Counted from the stretch's first letter, positions 27,996 to 38,623 are shown. The stretch is DNA of 64,000 nucleotides from Bergeyella sp. (GCA_031987605.1 DALZZF010000007.1:1-64000); one strand, 5' to 3'. The notes: generated by a model not told the origin, from the sequence alone. Numbers and translations are program-made.

Positions 27996-29144
27996 CTGTT
28001 TTAAATCCGCAATAATATCATCTACATTTTCCAGACCTACGGAACATCTCACCAATCCCGGCGTGATGCCAACTTCGTTTCTTTCTTCATCCGAAAGTTT
28101 GGAATGCGTGGTGGATGCGGGATGTGTAACAATCGTTCTGGTGTCGCCCAAATTGGCAGAAAGTGAACACATTTTAATTTTATTGAGAAAATTTCTGCCG
28201 CCTTCAATGCCGCCTTTTACTTCAAATGCCACAATGCTTCCGCCTAATTTCATCTGTTTTTTGGCGATTTCGTAGTTGGGATGAGATTTCAGGAATGGAT
28301 ATTTTACCAATTCCACATTGGGATGAGATTCTAAAAATTCGGCGACTTTTAATGCGTTTTCACAATGTTTATCGACTCTTAAAGCCAATGTTTCCAAACT
28401 TTTACTCAAAACCCATGCGTTGAACGGCGACATTGCAGGTCCGGTATTTCTGGCAAAAAGATAAATTTCACGAATGAGATCGGCTTTTCCAACGGTAACA
28501 CCGCCCAAAACACGCCCTTGTCCGTCAATTAATTTCGTGGCGGAATGCACCACAATATCGGCTCCGTACTTGATTGGCTGCTGTAAATACGATGTTGCAA
28601 AACAGTTATCGACAATAAAAAGCAGATTGTGTTTTTTGGCGATTTTTCCCAAAAGTTCCAGATCCAACACTTCAATTGCCGGATTGGTTGGCGTTTCTAC
28701 ATATAAAACTTTGGTGTTCGGCTGAATCAGTTTTTCGATCGTTTCCGCATCTTCCGCTTTGAAATAAGTGGTGTTGATGTTCCATTTCGGAAAATATTTG
28801 GTGAACAATGTATGTGTAGATCCGAAAACCGACTGGCAACTTAAAATATGGTCGCCGGAACTCAACAACGCGGCAAATGTGGAATAAATCGCTGCCATTC
28901 CCGTTGCAAAAGCGTAACCGGATTCTGCGCCTTCCATTTTTGCAATTTTGTTGATAAATTCCGTGACATTCGGGTTGCTGAAACGGCTGTAGAGATTTTT
29001 TTCTTTTTCTTCGGCAAAACTGGCGCGCATATCTTCGGCATCTTCAAATATAAAACTTGAAGTAAGATAAAGCGGTGTTGAATGTTCGTCAAATTGCGTT
29101 CTTTCGGTTTGGGTACGAACGGCAATGGTTTCAAAATTTTCCAT
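27984..29144 (-). CDS. PLP-dependent trans-sulfuration enzyme (O-succinyl/acetyl-homoserine sulfhydrylase or cystathionine gamma-synthase family)
   Basis: 386 aa in the Cys/Met metabolism PLP family, with the PLP-lysine region VVHSATKLIDGQG. Confidence 0.8.
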   Translation of the reverse strand: MENFETIAVRTQTERTQFDEHSTPLYLTSSFIFEDAEDMRASFAEEKEKNLYSRFSNPNVTEFINKIAKMEGAESGYAFATGMAAIYSTFAALLSSGDHILSCQSVFGSTHTLFTKYFPKWNINTTYFKAEDAETIEKLIQPNTKVLYVETPTNPAIEVLDLELLGKIAKKHNLLFIVDNCFATSYLQQPIKYGADIVVHSATKLIDGQGRVLGGVTVGKADLIREIYLFARNTGPAMSPFNAWVLSKSLETLALRVDKHCENALKVAEFLESHPNVELVKYPFLKSHPNYEIAKKQMKLGGSIVAFEVKGGIEGGRNFLNKIKMCSLSANLGDTRTIVTHPASTTHSKLSDEERNEVGITPGLVRCSVGLENVDDIIADLKQALD

Positions 29145-29174
29145 AAAAATTTAATTTACCAATGGAACAGTTTA

Positions 29175-29258
29175 CCAGTGTAACAATGAGATGCTTCGAC
29201 AAGCTCAGCATGACACGTTTCAATATTGGTAAATTGATACATTGTTATATTGTTACAT
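29175..29258. repeat. 3'-end repeat family, copy A
   Basis: gtgtaacaatgag...gcttcgacaagctcagcatgacacg...attgttatattgttacatta, immediately downstream of the hom stop codon. Confidence 0.5.
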
Positions 29259-29266
29259 TAGTTAGC

Positions 29267-30811
29267 TTATTTTGTTTCACTCAATCTTAAAATATCGCCG
29301 AAAACACCGCGTGCCGTTACTTTTGCGCCGGCTCCGGCTCCCATAATGACGATTGGATTTTCACCATAGCTTTCGGTATAGATTTCAAAAATAGAATCTG
29401 AACCTTTCAGCTGTCCGAGTGCGGAATTGGCGGGAACGGAAATCAGTTTCACATCGAGTTCGCCTTTTTCCTGATGCAAATCGCCGTGCAAATCGCCAAC
29501 ATAACGCAATACGTGATCCGGTTCCTGAGAATCTTTAATTTTCTGATATTCATCATCCAATTCCGAAAGACGGGAAATAAACTCGTTTTTGTTTACAGAA
29601 AGTAAATGTTCAGGAACGAGATTCTGAATATTGATGTCGCTGAATTCATTGATTAAATCAAGTTCTCGGGCTAAAATCAACAGCTTTCTGGCTACATCAT
29701 TTCCGCTTAAATCCTCGCGCGGATCGGGTTCCGTGTAGCCTTTTTCCAGTGCTTCCAGAACAATTTTTGAGAAAGGTTCATCGCGAACCGAAAAATTATT
29801 AAAAACATAACTCAACGTTCCGGAAAAAACACCTTTAATTCTGGTGATATTTTCGCCGGAAAGATGGAGTAATTTAATCGTGTCAATCAATGGCAAACCT
29901 GCACCAACATTGGTTTCGTAGAGATAATGTTTTTTATTTTTCTCCAATAATTTCCGGAAATTCCGATAAGTGGAAATCGGAAGTGTATTGTAAATTTTGT
30001 TGGACGAAACCACATCAAAACCATGGTCTACAAAGGTTTCATAGTTTTTTACAAAATCTTTGCTGGCGGTATTGTCCACCATCACCAGATTTTCCAGATG
30101 ATGTTCCCGGGCAAATTCAATAAGTTTTTCCACATCGGAATCGGTTTGGGAAAACATGATTTTCTGTCTCCAATCGCTGCCAAAACCGGCTTGGTTCAGT
30201 GCCATTTTTTTGGAATTGGCAACGGCGACTATTTTCAGTTCCAAACGTTTGCGGTTCAGAATATCATATGAAGAATCCAAAATCTGCTCGATTAAAGTTC
30301 CTCCTACATTCCCGTGCCCGATTAATGCCAAATGTACCACTTTCGGTTTGCCGAAAATCTCGGTTTCGATGATATTTTTGGCGAGTTCCGTTTGATTTCC
30401 GGTAACCACGATATTAACTCTTCCTGCGGATGCAATCTGATTTAACAACAATGGGAAAATTTTATTTCGCTGAAGTTCAGAAAGGATTTTATTGTAGTTT
30501 TCGGATACAAAACCAATGGCAGTTAAATTATTGACGCTGGAAATTTTGCTTACAAAACCTTTGTCTTTTTCCTGCTGGAATTCTTCCAAAAGGAAGCATA
30601 CTGCGGCTTCGGCATCCGCTTCATCCACGAGAACAGAAATTCCGTTTTCAATGGCTTGCTGCGAAATAACGCCCACCGAAATTCCACCTCCGTTTAAGGC
30701 CTTAAAAATACGGGAATCGATCCCGATTTGTCCCAAAAAATCCTTTCCCTCAAAATTCACAAGGGCTTTATTCCGGTATACTTTTATTGCATTATTTTCT
30801 GTCATCTTCAA
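29267..30811 (-). CDS. Homoserine dehydrogenase with N-terminal ACT domains (ThrA-like, lacking the aspartokinase catalytic domain)
   Basis: 514 aa. The first ~150 aa are ACT-like (VNFEGKDFLGQIGIDSRIFKAL). The remainder is an NAD-binding (LIGHGNVGG) homoserine dehydrogenase. Confidence 0.75.
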   Translation of the reverse strand: MKMTENNAIKVYRNKALVNFEGKDFLGQIGIDSRIFKALNGGGISVGVISQQAIENGISVLVDEADAEAAVCFLLEEFQQEKDKGFVSKISSVNNLTAIGFVSENYNKILSELQRNKIFPLLLNQIASAGRVNIVVTGNQTELAKNIIETEIFGKPKVVHLALIGHGNVGGTLIEQILDSSYDILNRKRLELKIVAVANSKKMALNQAGFGSDWRQKIMFSQTDSDVEKLIEFAREHHLENLVMVDNTASKDFVKNYETFVDHGFDVVSSNKIYNTLPISTYRNFRKLLEKNKKHYLYETNVGAGLPLIDTIKLLHLSGENITRIKGVFSGTLSYVFNNFSVRDEPFSKIVLEALEKGYTEPDPREDLSGNDVARKLLILARELDLINEFSDINIQNLVPEHLLSVNKNEFISRLSELDDEYQKIKDSQEPDHVLRYVGDLHGDLHQEKGELDVKLISVPANSALGQLKGSDSIFEIYTESYGENPIVIMGAGAGAKVTARGVFGDILRLSETK

Positions 30812-31745
30812 ATATGGGTTTTAGAATTTCAATCAGTTGCTCATATTCCATCAAAAAAGCATCATGACCGTGGATAGAACTGATTTCGTTATAGTGAATG
30901 GTGTTGGTATTTTTTAATAGCTGATTGGTTTTTTCGATTTCAAAAGCCGGAAAAAACAAATCGGTATTTACAGAAATCAGGTGGATTTCCGCCTGTATAT
31001 TTTTAAGTTTCTCCGGATCCGCATTAATAGTCATCAGCAAATGATTTACGAGCTGATAGGCTTTCACGGCAAAACGTTCGCTCAACGATTTACCATGATA
31101 ATCCAGCCATTCGTGGGATTTCCATTTTTGATTTTCCTGAGAAACTTCCCGGTTAAATCTTAGGTTTAAAGATTCCGGAGTTCGGTAACACAACATGGCG
31201 TGAACTCGGGCTTTTTCCAACGGACTTTCGGTATTTTCCAATAAATATCTTTGGATTAAACATTGAGAATACAACCAGTCTGTCGTTTTATAATCAGTGG
31301 CAATGGGTACGAAATATTTTGCCAGATTCGGTTCTAAAGCCAACATTTCCCAAGCAATTGCTCCGCCAAGCGAACCTCCGATGATTGCATATAAATTATT
31401 TATATTCAATATTTTAAGTCCGTAAATAAATAAATAAGCAACATCCGAAACATTAAACGACTGATAATCTTCAATAAAAAAATCATCATAACCATTACCC
31501 GGAATATTGAAGCAGATTACCGTATATTTTTCGGTATTGATGAGTTTTCCGTCGCCCACTAATTTTTTCCACCAGCCATTTTCTCCAGCAACATCTGAAT
31601 TTCCTGTTAATGCGTGATTAATCAGGATAATGGGTGCGGAATGCAGTGGCTTCCCAAAAGTCTGATAACTTAAGGGAATGGTATACACGCTTCCTGAAGA
31701 AGTGGTAAAATCTTTAATTAAAATGGTTTGAAGGTTGCTTTTCAA
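30792..31745 (-). CDS. metX: Homoserine O-acetyltransferase (alpha/beta hydrolase)
   Basis: 317 aa with a GGSLGG nucleophile elbow and a MetX-like N-terminus. First gene after the riboswitch. Confidence 0.75.
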   Translation of the reverse strand: MKSNLQTILIKDFTTSSGSVYTIPLSYQTFGKPLHSAPIILINHALTGNSDVAGENGWWKKLVGDGKLINTEKYTVICFNIPGNGYDDFFIEDYQSFNVSDVAYLFIYGLKILNINNLYAIIGGSLGGAIAWEMLALEPNLAKYFVPIATDYKTTDWLYSQCLIQRYLLENTESPLEKARVHAMLCYRTPESLNLRFNREVSQENQKWKSHEWLDYHGKSLSERFAVKAYQLVNHLLMTINADPEKLKNIQAEIHLISVNTDLFFPAFEIEKTNQLLKNTNTIHYNEISSIHGHDAFLMEYEQLIEILKPIFEDDRK

Positions 31746-31800
31746 TTTATTTTATCATAAAATCCATTGAAAATGCTATAAAGAATGCAGTAATTAATCC

Positions 31801-31906
31801 GTTATCTTTTCCGCCATTTTGCGAATAGAATGTAGCACCTTCTTCGTAACCGAAGGGTTGCCAAGGTTTCACAGAGTCTAATCTCTCCACCTTTCTTGAT
31901 AACATT
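31801..31906 (-). promoter_or_regulatory. SAM-I (S-box) riboswitch in the metX-hom-metB-metH-metF leader
   Basis: Minus-strand sequence gttatcaagaaaggtggagagattagactctgtgaaaccttggcaacc...gaaggtgctacattct...gcaaaatggcggaaaagataac fits the SAM-I consensus. It has the P1 ttatc/gataa pairing, GGTGGAG, the GTGA kink-turn, GCAACC and GGTGCTA. Confidence 0.75.
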
Positions 31907-32291
31907 TTCTTGGTATGTTAATGAACAAATTCCCGGCAAAGATAGTTTATAATTTTTTACCTGAAAAATATTTGAAAGTTTTTTCTGTTTCGGCTACAAA
32001 AAACGGTTTACCATATGGAATATATCATGCTCTGGCAAAGGTTTCTTATTTGATTTCACCGAAAAGAATCACTATTTTTGTGATATTACGGAATTATTAT
32101 GAGCCTGTTTAAATTTTATTGCTAAAAATTTTATTGGTATTTTGAGATGGATTTTTGCTTCATGTTTGCAGATTTAGCGGGCTAAATCAAAAATAAGAAG
32201 TAGAAAATACGCTCAAAAGAGTATCAAAATTTAGCAAAGAGGATTTTCTGAGGCTATATTAAAAATTTCGGTAAAATTTTAAACAGGCTCT

Positions 32292-33767
32292 ATGGCATTC
32301 GACTATTTTCAGCAAATAAAACACATCCGAACCGGCATCCGCATCTACAGTGATCTGCTCATTGAAAAATCCCTTGAAGTGTGGAATGTAAAAACCAGAG
32401 TGGGATTGTTCTTTTTTTCTTTGCTGATTTCTTTAGTCGGCACCTATTTTCTTTCACCGGAAGCATTTACAGATGCTCAGAAATATACCCTTTTTGTACT
32501 GTTTTTTTCGATTTGTCTGTGGGCAACGGAAGCTATTCCGCCTTTTGCCGTAGGAATTTTCATCATTGGATTCCTGATGTATACCATGCGGAATATGGAA
32601 GGGGCGACGATTAGTCCGGACGTTATTTCCAATACCTGGTCGGACAGTGTGATCTGGATTTTTCTCGGCGGTTTTTTTCTGAGTGAAGGCATGCGGAAAA
32701 CCAATCTTGACCTCTCTCTGTTTAAGTTTTCGATTTTTCTGTTCGGAAGTAAACCTAAATATTTGCTGATGGGCATCATCATCGTTACTTCACTTCTTTC
32801 ACTCATCATTTCCAATACTGCGACTGCTGCGATGATTCTCGCTTCTGTAATGCCTTTTCTGAAGCGTGAAGGAAAAAACTCTCCTATTTCCAAAGCTATT
32901 CTTATCAGTATTCCGGTTGCGGCTACATTTGCAGGAATGGCAAGTTTAATTTCTTCGCCGCCCAACCTGATTGTTGTGGATGCATTGAAGTATAAAGGAT
33001 ACGACATTTCATTCAACAACTGGCTTATTTTAGGATTACCACCAGCACTTTTGTTACTTTTTGGTTTCTGGTTTACCGTTAATAAAAAATACCTGAAAAA
33101 CACAAAGGAAGCCGACCTTTCATTTCTGGATGTTCCCATTATAATGACGAAAAAAATCAGGCTGCAGCGTTTAATGGTAATTACAGTACTTTTTGTAACG
33201 GTTTTTTTCTGGATGATGGGGCATAAACTGAACATTCCAACCGTTGCTACCGCGATTATCCCCATTATGTTTCTGCCCATGTTAGGCGTTATTACGGCAG
33301 AAGACGTGCGGAAACTTCCATGGGATACGTTGATGCTTGTTGCCGGCGGATTGGCTCTTGGTATTGCTATTAAAGAAATGCTGGCACCGTATTATTCACA
33401 ATATTTGGCGGGAATGCAGTTTAATAAATTTGTGATGATGACCATCTTTGGTTTCGTTACGGTTCTTTTTTCTAATATTATGAGCAGTACGGCAACAGCA
33501 ACCATTATTATCAACATTGCCGCCGTTGTTTTACCCGCCGATCAAATCCTTCCTGTAGGTTTGGTGATCGGGCTTTGCTCTTCCTGCGGACTTTTTCTTC
33601 CGGTTTCTACTCCGCCCAATGCGATTGTATTCAGTACCGGAATGATCCGGCAGTCGGATTTTAATTTGGGGGGCTTTTTCGGAGGTGTAGTCGGACTTGC
33701 AGTTGCGTTGCTCTGGGTATTTTTCCTTGATCGGTTTACGCCGTTTATGAGTATGCTTCTGGTGTAA
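32292..33767 (+). CDS. SLC13/DASS family anion transporter
   Basis: 491 aa polytopic membrane protein. Duplicated hairpin motifs (ISNTATAA / MSSTATAT) are typical of DASS/CitMHS permeases. Confidence 0.6.
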   Translation: MAFDYFQQIKHIRTGIRIYSDLLIEKSLEVWNVKTRVGLFFFSLLISLVGTYFLSPEAFTDAQKYTLFVLFFSICLWATEAIPPFAVGIFIIGFLMYTMRNMEGATISPDVISNTWSDSVIWIFLGGFFLSEGMRKTNLDLSLFKFSIFLFGSKPKYLLMGIIIVTSLLSLIISNTATAAMILASVMPFLKREGKNSPISKAILISIPVAATFAGMASLISSPPNLIVVDALKYKGYDISFNNWLILGLPPALLLLFGFWFTVNKKYLKNTKEADLSFLDVPIIMTKKIRLQRLMVITVLFVTVFFWMMGHKLNIPTVATAIIPIMFLPMLGVITAEDVRKLPWDTLMLVAGGLALGIAIKEMLAPYYSQYLAGMQFNKFVMMTIFGFVTVLFSNIMSSTATATIIINIAAVVLPADQILPVGLVIGLCSSCGLFLPVSTPPNAIVFSTGMIRQSDFNLGGFFGGVVGLAVALLWVFFLDRFTPFMSMLLV

Positions 33768-33796
33768 TTCTCTTCAAAAAAAATATTTAAATACCT

Positions 33797-36427
33797 TTGT
33801 CTTTTCATAAAGACGAATACATGAGTGAGGAAATAAAAAGATTAAAAGATCCGAACTGGAAAGTATGGGGACCATATGTAAGCAACCGGCAATGGGGAAA
33901 TGTACGCGAAGATTACAGTCCGGACGGTAATGCCTGGGAATATACAGGACACGACACCGCAGAAAGTTACACCTATCGTTGGGCAGAAGAGGGAATTGCA
34001 GGAATTTCCGACAATAAACAGCTCCTTTGTTTTGCTTTTTCGTTCTGGAATAAAAAAGATAAAAGAATTAAAGAACGTTTTTTCGGACTGAGCAATTATC
34101 AGGGAAATCACGGGGAAGATATAAAAGAGATTTTCTATTATCTGGACAACACGCCATCGCACAGTTACATGAAAATGGTGTATAAATACCCGATTAATGA
34201 ATTTCCGTACGACCAGTTAATTACCGAAAACGCCAAACGTTCCAAAACCGAGCAGGAATACGAAATCATCGATACCGGAATTTTCGATAAAGATGAATAT
34301 TTCGATATTTTTATTGAATACTGTAAAGCATCCGAAGATGATATTCTGATTCGTGTAACCGCCGTAAACCGAAGCGCAAAAAAAGCACCGCTGATAATTT
34401 TGCCGACCGTTTGGTACAGAAACAATTGGAAATGGGGCTATAACGAATACAAACCAAATCTGAGGGCAACAACGGAAGGAAGTATCGACATCGATCATCA
34501 GAATCTTTCCATGAAAAAATTCTATTCCAGAAATAAAAACGTTGAAAGTTTATTCTGTGAAAACGAAACCAATACCCGAAAACTTTATCAGGCTCCTAAA
34601 ACACAGGGATTTTTCAAAGATGGAATCAACGATTATATCATTCGTAGCACCGATTCTGTAAATCCCCTGAAAACCGGAACTAAAGCGTGTTTCCTCATTG
34701 ATGAAGAAATCGAGGCCGGGCAAAGCAAAACTTTCGATTTTCGGTTAAGCCCTTTTGATGCTGAAAATGCATTTGTGGCATTCGACGAAATGTTTGAACA
34801 ACGAAAAAACGAATCCGAAGAATTTTACGCACGGGTTCAGAAAGATATTGCCGATGAAGACGAAAAAAACGTGCAAAGGCAGGCTTTTGCAGGGCTTTTA
34901 TGGAACAAGCAATTCTATCATTACAATGTTTCCAAATGGCTGAAAGGCGATCCGAATTTCGAAGCACCCCGTAATTTCAATAATTTCGTGCGAAACACGG
35001 GTTGGGAACACCTGCACAATAAAGACATCATTTCCATGCCCGATAAATGGGAATATCCTTGGTACGCAACTTGGGATCTGGCGTTCCATTGTGTTCCGTT
35101 TGCCCTGATTGATTCAGGTTTTGCAAAAAACCAGCTTCTGCTGCTCACCAAAGAATGGTATATGCATCCCAACGGTCAGCTTCCGGCTTATGAATGGGAT
35201 TTAAGTGATGTAAATCCGCCTGTTCATGCATGGTCTTGTTTCCGGGTTTTTAAAATTGATGAGAAAATCTACGGAAAACCGGATCTCCCTTTTCTTGAAA
35301 AAGTATTTCAAAAATTATTGCTGAATTTCACATGGTGGGTAAACCGGAAAGATAAACAGGGTAATAATCTTTTTGGCGGCGGATTCTTAGGTTTGGACAA
35401 TATTGGTGCATTCGACCGAAATATGCAGATGAAAAACGGCGAATATCTGGAACAGGCAGACGGAACAAGCTGGATGGCGATGTATGCCCTGAACATGATG
35501 CGCATTGCGATGGAACTTGCCTTATACAACGACGTGTATGAAGATATGGCGATAAAATTCTTCGAACATTATTTGTATATCGCAGAAGCCATGGAAAATC
35601 TCGGGAATGAAAAACAAGGATTATGGAACGAAGAAGATGGCTTCTTTTATGATGTTCTGCAATTGCAGGGCGGGCAAAGCACTTCTTTGAGACTTCGCAG
35701 TATTGTAGGATTAATTCCCCTTTTTGCTGTGGAAATCATCGATCATGAAATGCTGGAAAAACTTCCGAAATTTCAGGAAAGAATGGATTGGATTCTGAAA
35801 AATAAAAAAGAACTCGCCAACCTCGTTTCGCATTGGAATGTAGAAGGAGTAGGACAAAAACATTTGATGAGCATTCTTCGCCGATACCGCCTTACCAAAG
35901 TATTAACCCGAATGCTGGACGAAAACGAATTCCTGAGTCCGTACGGAATCCGTGCCATGTCCAAAGTATACGAGAAAAATCCGTTCGTTTTTTCAACGGC
36001 TGAAAAAGAATATGTGGTGTATTATACTCCCGCAGAAAGCGACAGCCGGATGTTCGGTGGAAATTCCAACTGGCGCGGACCAATCTGGTTCCCTATTAAT
36101 TTTCTGATTGTGGAAAGTTTGCAGAAATTCCATTTTTATTATGGCGATTCGCTGAAGGTAAAACTGCCTTCTGTAAATGAAAACGAAGTTTCGCTAAATG
36201 TTGTGGCAGAGGATTTAAGCCGAAGACTCCAAAGTATTTTCCTGAAAAACGAAAACGGCGAACGCCCTTTCAACGGTGGTGTGGAAAAATTCAATAAAGA
36301 TCCTCATTTCAAAGATTATATTATGTTTTATGAATATTTTCACGGAGACAATGGGCGTGGTGTTGGTGCAAGCCAACAATGCGGATGGACAGCAACCGTT
36401 GCAAAATTAATTCAGCCGAAAGTGTAG
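33797..36427 (+). CDS. GH63/MGH1-like (alpha/alpha)6-barrel glycoside hydrolase
   Basis: 876 aa. The WGPYVSNRQWGNVREDYSPDGNAWEY N-terminus and size match bacterial GH63-like glucosidases. Confidence 0.55.
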   Translation: MSFHKDEYMSEEIKRLKDPNWKVWGPYVSNRQWGNVREDYSPDGNAWEYTGHDTAESYTYRWAEEGIAGISDNKQLLCFAFSFWNKKDKRIKERFFGLSNYQGNHGEDIKEIFYYLDNTPSHSYMKMVYKYPINEFPYDQLITENAKRSKTEQEYEIIDTGIFDKDEYFDIFIEYCKASEDDILIRVTAVNRSAKKAPLIILPTVWYRNNWKWGYNEYKPNLRATTEGSIDIDHQNLSMKKFYSRNKNVESLFCENETNTRKLYQAPKTQGFFKDGINDYIIRSTDSVNPLKTGTKACFLIDEEIEAGQSKTFDFRLSPFDAENAFVAFDEMFEQRKNESEEFYARVQKDIADEDEKNVQRQAFAGLLWNKQFYHYNVSKWLKGDPNFEAPRNFNNFVRNTGWEHLHNKDIISMPDKWEYPWYATWDLAFHCVPFALIDSGFAKNQLLLLTKEWYMHPNGQLPAYEWDLSDVNPPVHAWSCFRVFKIDEKIYGKPDLPFLEKVFQKLLLNFTWWVNRKDKQGNNLFGGGFLGLDNIGAFDRNMQMKNGEYLEQADGTSWMAMYALNMMRIAMELALYNDVYEDMAIKFFEHYLYIAEAMENLGNEKQGLWNEEDGFFYDVLQLQGGQSTSLRLRSIVGLIPLFAVEIIDHEMLEKLPKFQERMDWILKNKKELANLVSHWNVEGVGQKHLMSILRRYRLTKVLTRMLDENEFLSPYGIRAMSKVYEKNPFVFSTAEKEYVVYYTPAESDSRMFGGNSNWRGPIWFPINFLIVESLQKFHFYYGDSLKVKLPSVNENEVSLNVVAEDLSRRLQSIFLKNENGERPFNGGVEKFNKDPHFKDYIMFYEYFHGDNGRGVGASQQCGWTATVAKLIQPKV

Positions 36428-36503
36428 TTTTTGTTAGTTTGAGCGTTTGAAGGTTTTGAAAATTTTTCAATTCCTCAAATTCAAACACTCAATTACTAAT
36501 TCC

Positions 36504-36929
36504 TCACGCGTTCACCAAAACTCCATTCACCCAAACCTCATAAGTAATACTCACTTTTGGTTCCAGTGTTTTGGATACTGAACAATATTTCTGAAAAGAA
36601 AGATCGGCTGCTTTTTGCGCTTTCTGAGGATCTACCTTGCCTTCGATCAGGAATTTCACATGCATGGATTTGAAAGGTTTGGCATCCTCAATCTGTACGC
36701 GCTCGCCTTCCACATCGGCTTTAAAAGAAGTAATTTCTTGACGCTGTTTTTTCAGAATGGCAACCAAATCTATTCCGCTGCAACCGGCAAGCCCCATCAA
36801 TACAGATTCCATGGGCGAAACGCCTTTTGCTCCGGGAATTGTTACATTGTCCAGAAGAATGCTGTTGCCCTGCGCATTGGTGCATTCAAATAAAAAATCT
36901 TCGTTTATTCTATTGAGTGTTATTTTCAT
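36504..36929 (-). CDS. OsmC/Ohr family protein
   Basis: 141 aa with the two conserved Cys regions (GLAGCSG, QKYCSV). Confidence 0.8.
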   Translation of the reverse strand: MKITLNRINEDFLFECTNAQGNSILLDNVTIPGAKGVSPMESVLMGLAGCSGIDLVAILKKQRQEITSFKADVEGERVQIEDAKPFKSMHVKFLIEGKVDPQKAQKAADLSFQKYCSVSKTLEPKVSITYEVWVNGVLVNA

Positions 36930-37021
36930 TTTTAAAATTTTATTCCCACAAAAATATAGATTGAAAATGATTGTATCCTATTTTAAATGAGAAAGATTTA
37001 TCAGTAAAAAATGTTTCCAAC

Positions 37022-38623
37022 TTATTTGGGCTGGCTTATTTTTTCAAAATTGGCTTTGCTGTATCTTATTTTTCTTTTGTCCAAGAGTTTAAAATGTTCC
37101 ACAACCCGTTTTTCAAAATTGCTGTACCGATCCGGTTGTGAAGTTCCCCACGCCACTTCCGAAAGTGCCATCATCCTTGGAAAAATCATATACTGCACCT
37201 GCCCGAAATCCAGAATATATTCTGTCCATACATTTCCCTGTGTCCCCCAGATATAGCGTGCTTGCTCAGTATTCAGTTCATCCGGAATGGGATTAAATTC
37301 ATACACTTTTTTTAATGTTGTATTGCCTCCAAAAGCCAATGGTTCTGTATCGGGATTCCCCTGATAATGATCGAAATAATTGGATGAAACCGGAGTCATA
37401 ATCGCTTTATGACCGGTTTTTGCAGCGTGAATTCCACCCTGCAATCCTGTCCAGCTCATTACCGTAGCGTTCGGTGCCAATCCACCTTCAAGAATTTCTT
37501 CCCAGCCGATTATTTTTTTCCCTTTGGAATTCAGATATTTTTCTATTCTTGTAATGAAATAGCTTTGCAACTCATGCTCGTCTTTCAGATTCAGTTTTTT
37601 AATTAAATCCTGCGCAAAAGGCGATTCTTTCCATGCTTTTTTAGGGGCTTCATCTCCTCCGATATGGAGATATTCATAAGGAAATAATGCGACGACTTCA
37701 TCCAAAACTCCTTCCAAAAACTTAAAAGTATTTTCCGTGGGGCACAAAATATTCTCTTCCACTCCCCATTTTTTACTGACTTCAAAATTGCCTTTATAGC
37801 AGGATAATTCGGGGTAGGAAGCAATGGCGGCAACCGAATGTCCGGGCATTTCAATTTCTGGAATCACATCAATATGTAATTTTTCCGCATACGCAATCAC
37901 TTCTTTTATTTGCTCCTGAGTATAAAATCCTCCATATTTTTTGTCGTCGAATTTCATATCGGAATAAGGTCCGATTTGCGAACCATTTCTCCATGCTCCA
38001 ATTTCGGTTAGTTTTGGATATTTCTTGATTTCAATTCTCCAACCTTGATCGTCGGTAAGATGCCAATGGAACTTGTTGTATTTGTACATGGCAAGATAAT
38101 CCAGATATTGTTTTACCTCATCAATACTGAAAAAATGGCGGGAAACATCCAAATGCATTCCGCGATAATCAAATTTTGGTGAATCTGAAATTTCAACATT
38201 TGGAATTTTTCCGTTTTCGGAAGTTCCGATAAGTTGGAGAAGCGTTTGAATACCTAAAAAAAGTCCTTTTGAATTTTTCCCTTTTAAATGAATGGATTCC
38301 GGTTGTACAATTAAAACATACACAGCATTTTCAGGAAAAAGAGAATCGGTTTTTTTGAGTTTGTCCATTTGACTAAAGAAGATGGTTGGTCGGTTTTTTT
38401 TATACTTTTCCCGCTTGAGTTGCATATTAAAATTTTCTTTTATCTGAGTGATGAAAAACTGCGCTTCATTGTTGGAAGATTCGGCTATAAAATTCGTATT
38501 TTCATTAAGTTGAAAAAAACCTTGCTTCAGTTCCACTTTCTGAGGATACGGGATTAAATTTAATTCCTGAGACCACAGGATTTGAATAGATAAAAACAGA
38601 AAAAATACCAGCTTTAGTTTCAT
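37022..38623 (-). CDS. GH20 beta-N-acetylhexosaminidase, secreted
   Basis: LHIGGDEAP catalytic signature. Signal peptide beginning MKLKLVFFLF. Start trimmed from the ORF-track 38695. Confidence 0.85.
   Translation of the reverse strand: MKLKLVFFLFLSIQILWSQELNLIPYPQKVELKQGFFQLNENTNFIAESSNNEAQFFITQIKENFNMQLKREKYKKNRPTIFFSQMDKLKKTDSLFPENAVYVLIVQPESIHLKGKNSKGLFLGIQTLLQLIGTSENGKIPNVEISDSPKFDYRGMHLDVSRHFFSIDEVKQYLDYLAMYKYNKFHWHLTDDQGWRIEIKKYPKLTEIGAWRNGSQIGPYSDMKFDDKKYGGFYTQEQIKEVIAYAEKLHIDVIPEIEMPGHSVAAIASYPELSCYKGNFEVSKKWGVEENILCPTENTFKFLEGVLDEVVALFPYEYLHIGGDEAPKKAWKESPFAQDLIKKLNLKDEHELQSYFITRIEKYLNSKGKKIIGWEEILEGGLAPNATVMSWTGLQGGIHAAKTGHKAIMTPVSSNYFDHYQGNPDTEPLAFGGNTTLKKVYEFNPIPDELNTEQARYIWGTQGNVWTEYILDFGQVQYMIFPRMMALSEVAWGTSQPDRYSNFEKRVVEHFKLLDKRKIRYSKANFEKISQPK

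Noticed and set aside
1272-38623. Polysaccharide utilisation locus (PUL) uniting GH92, GH3, GH63-like and GH20.
   Set aside because: The glycosidases are scattered among unrelated genes. No SusC/SusD pair or sensor-regulator links them, so this is not a PUL.
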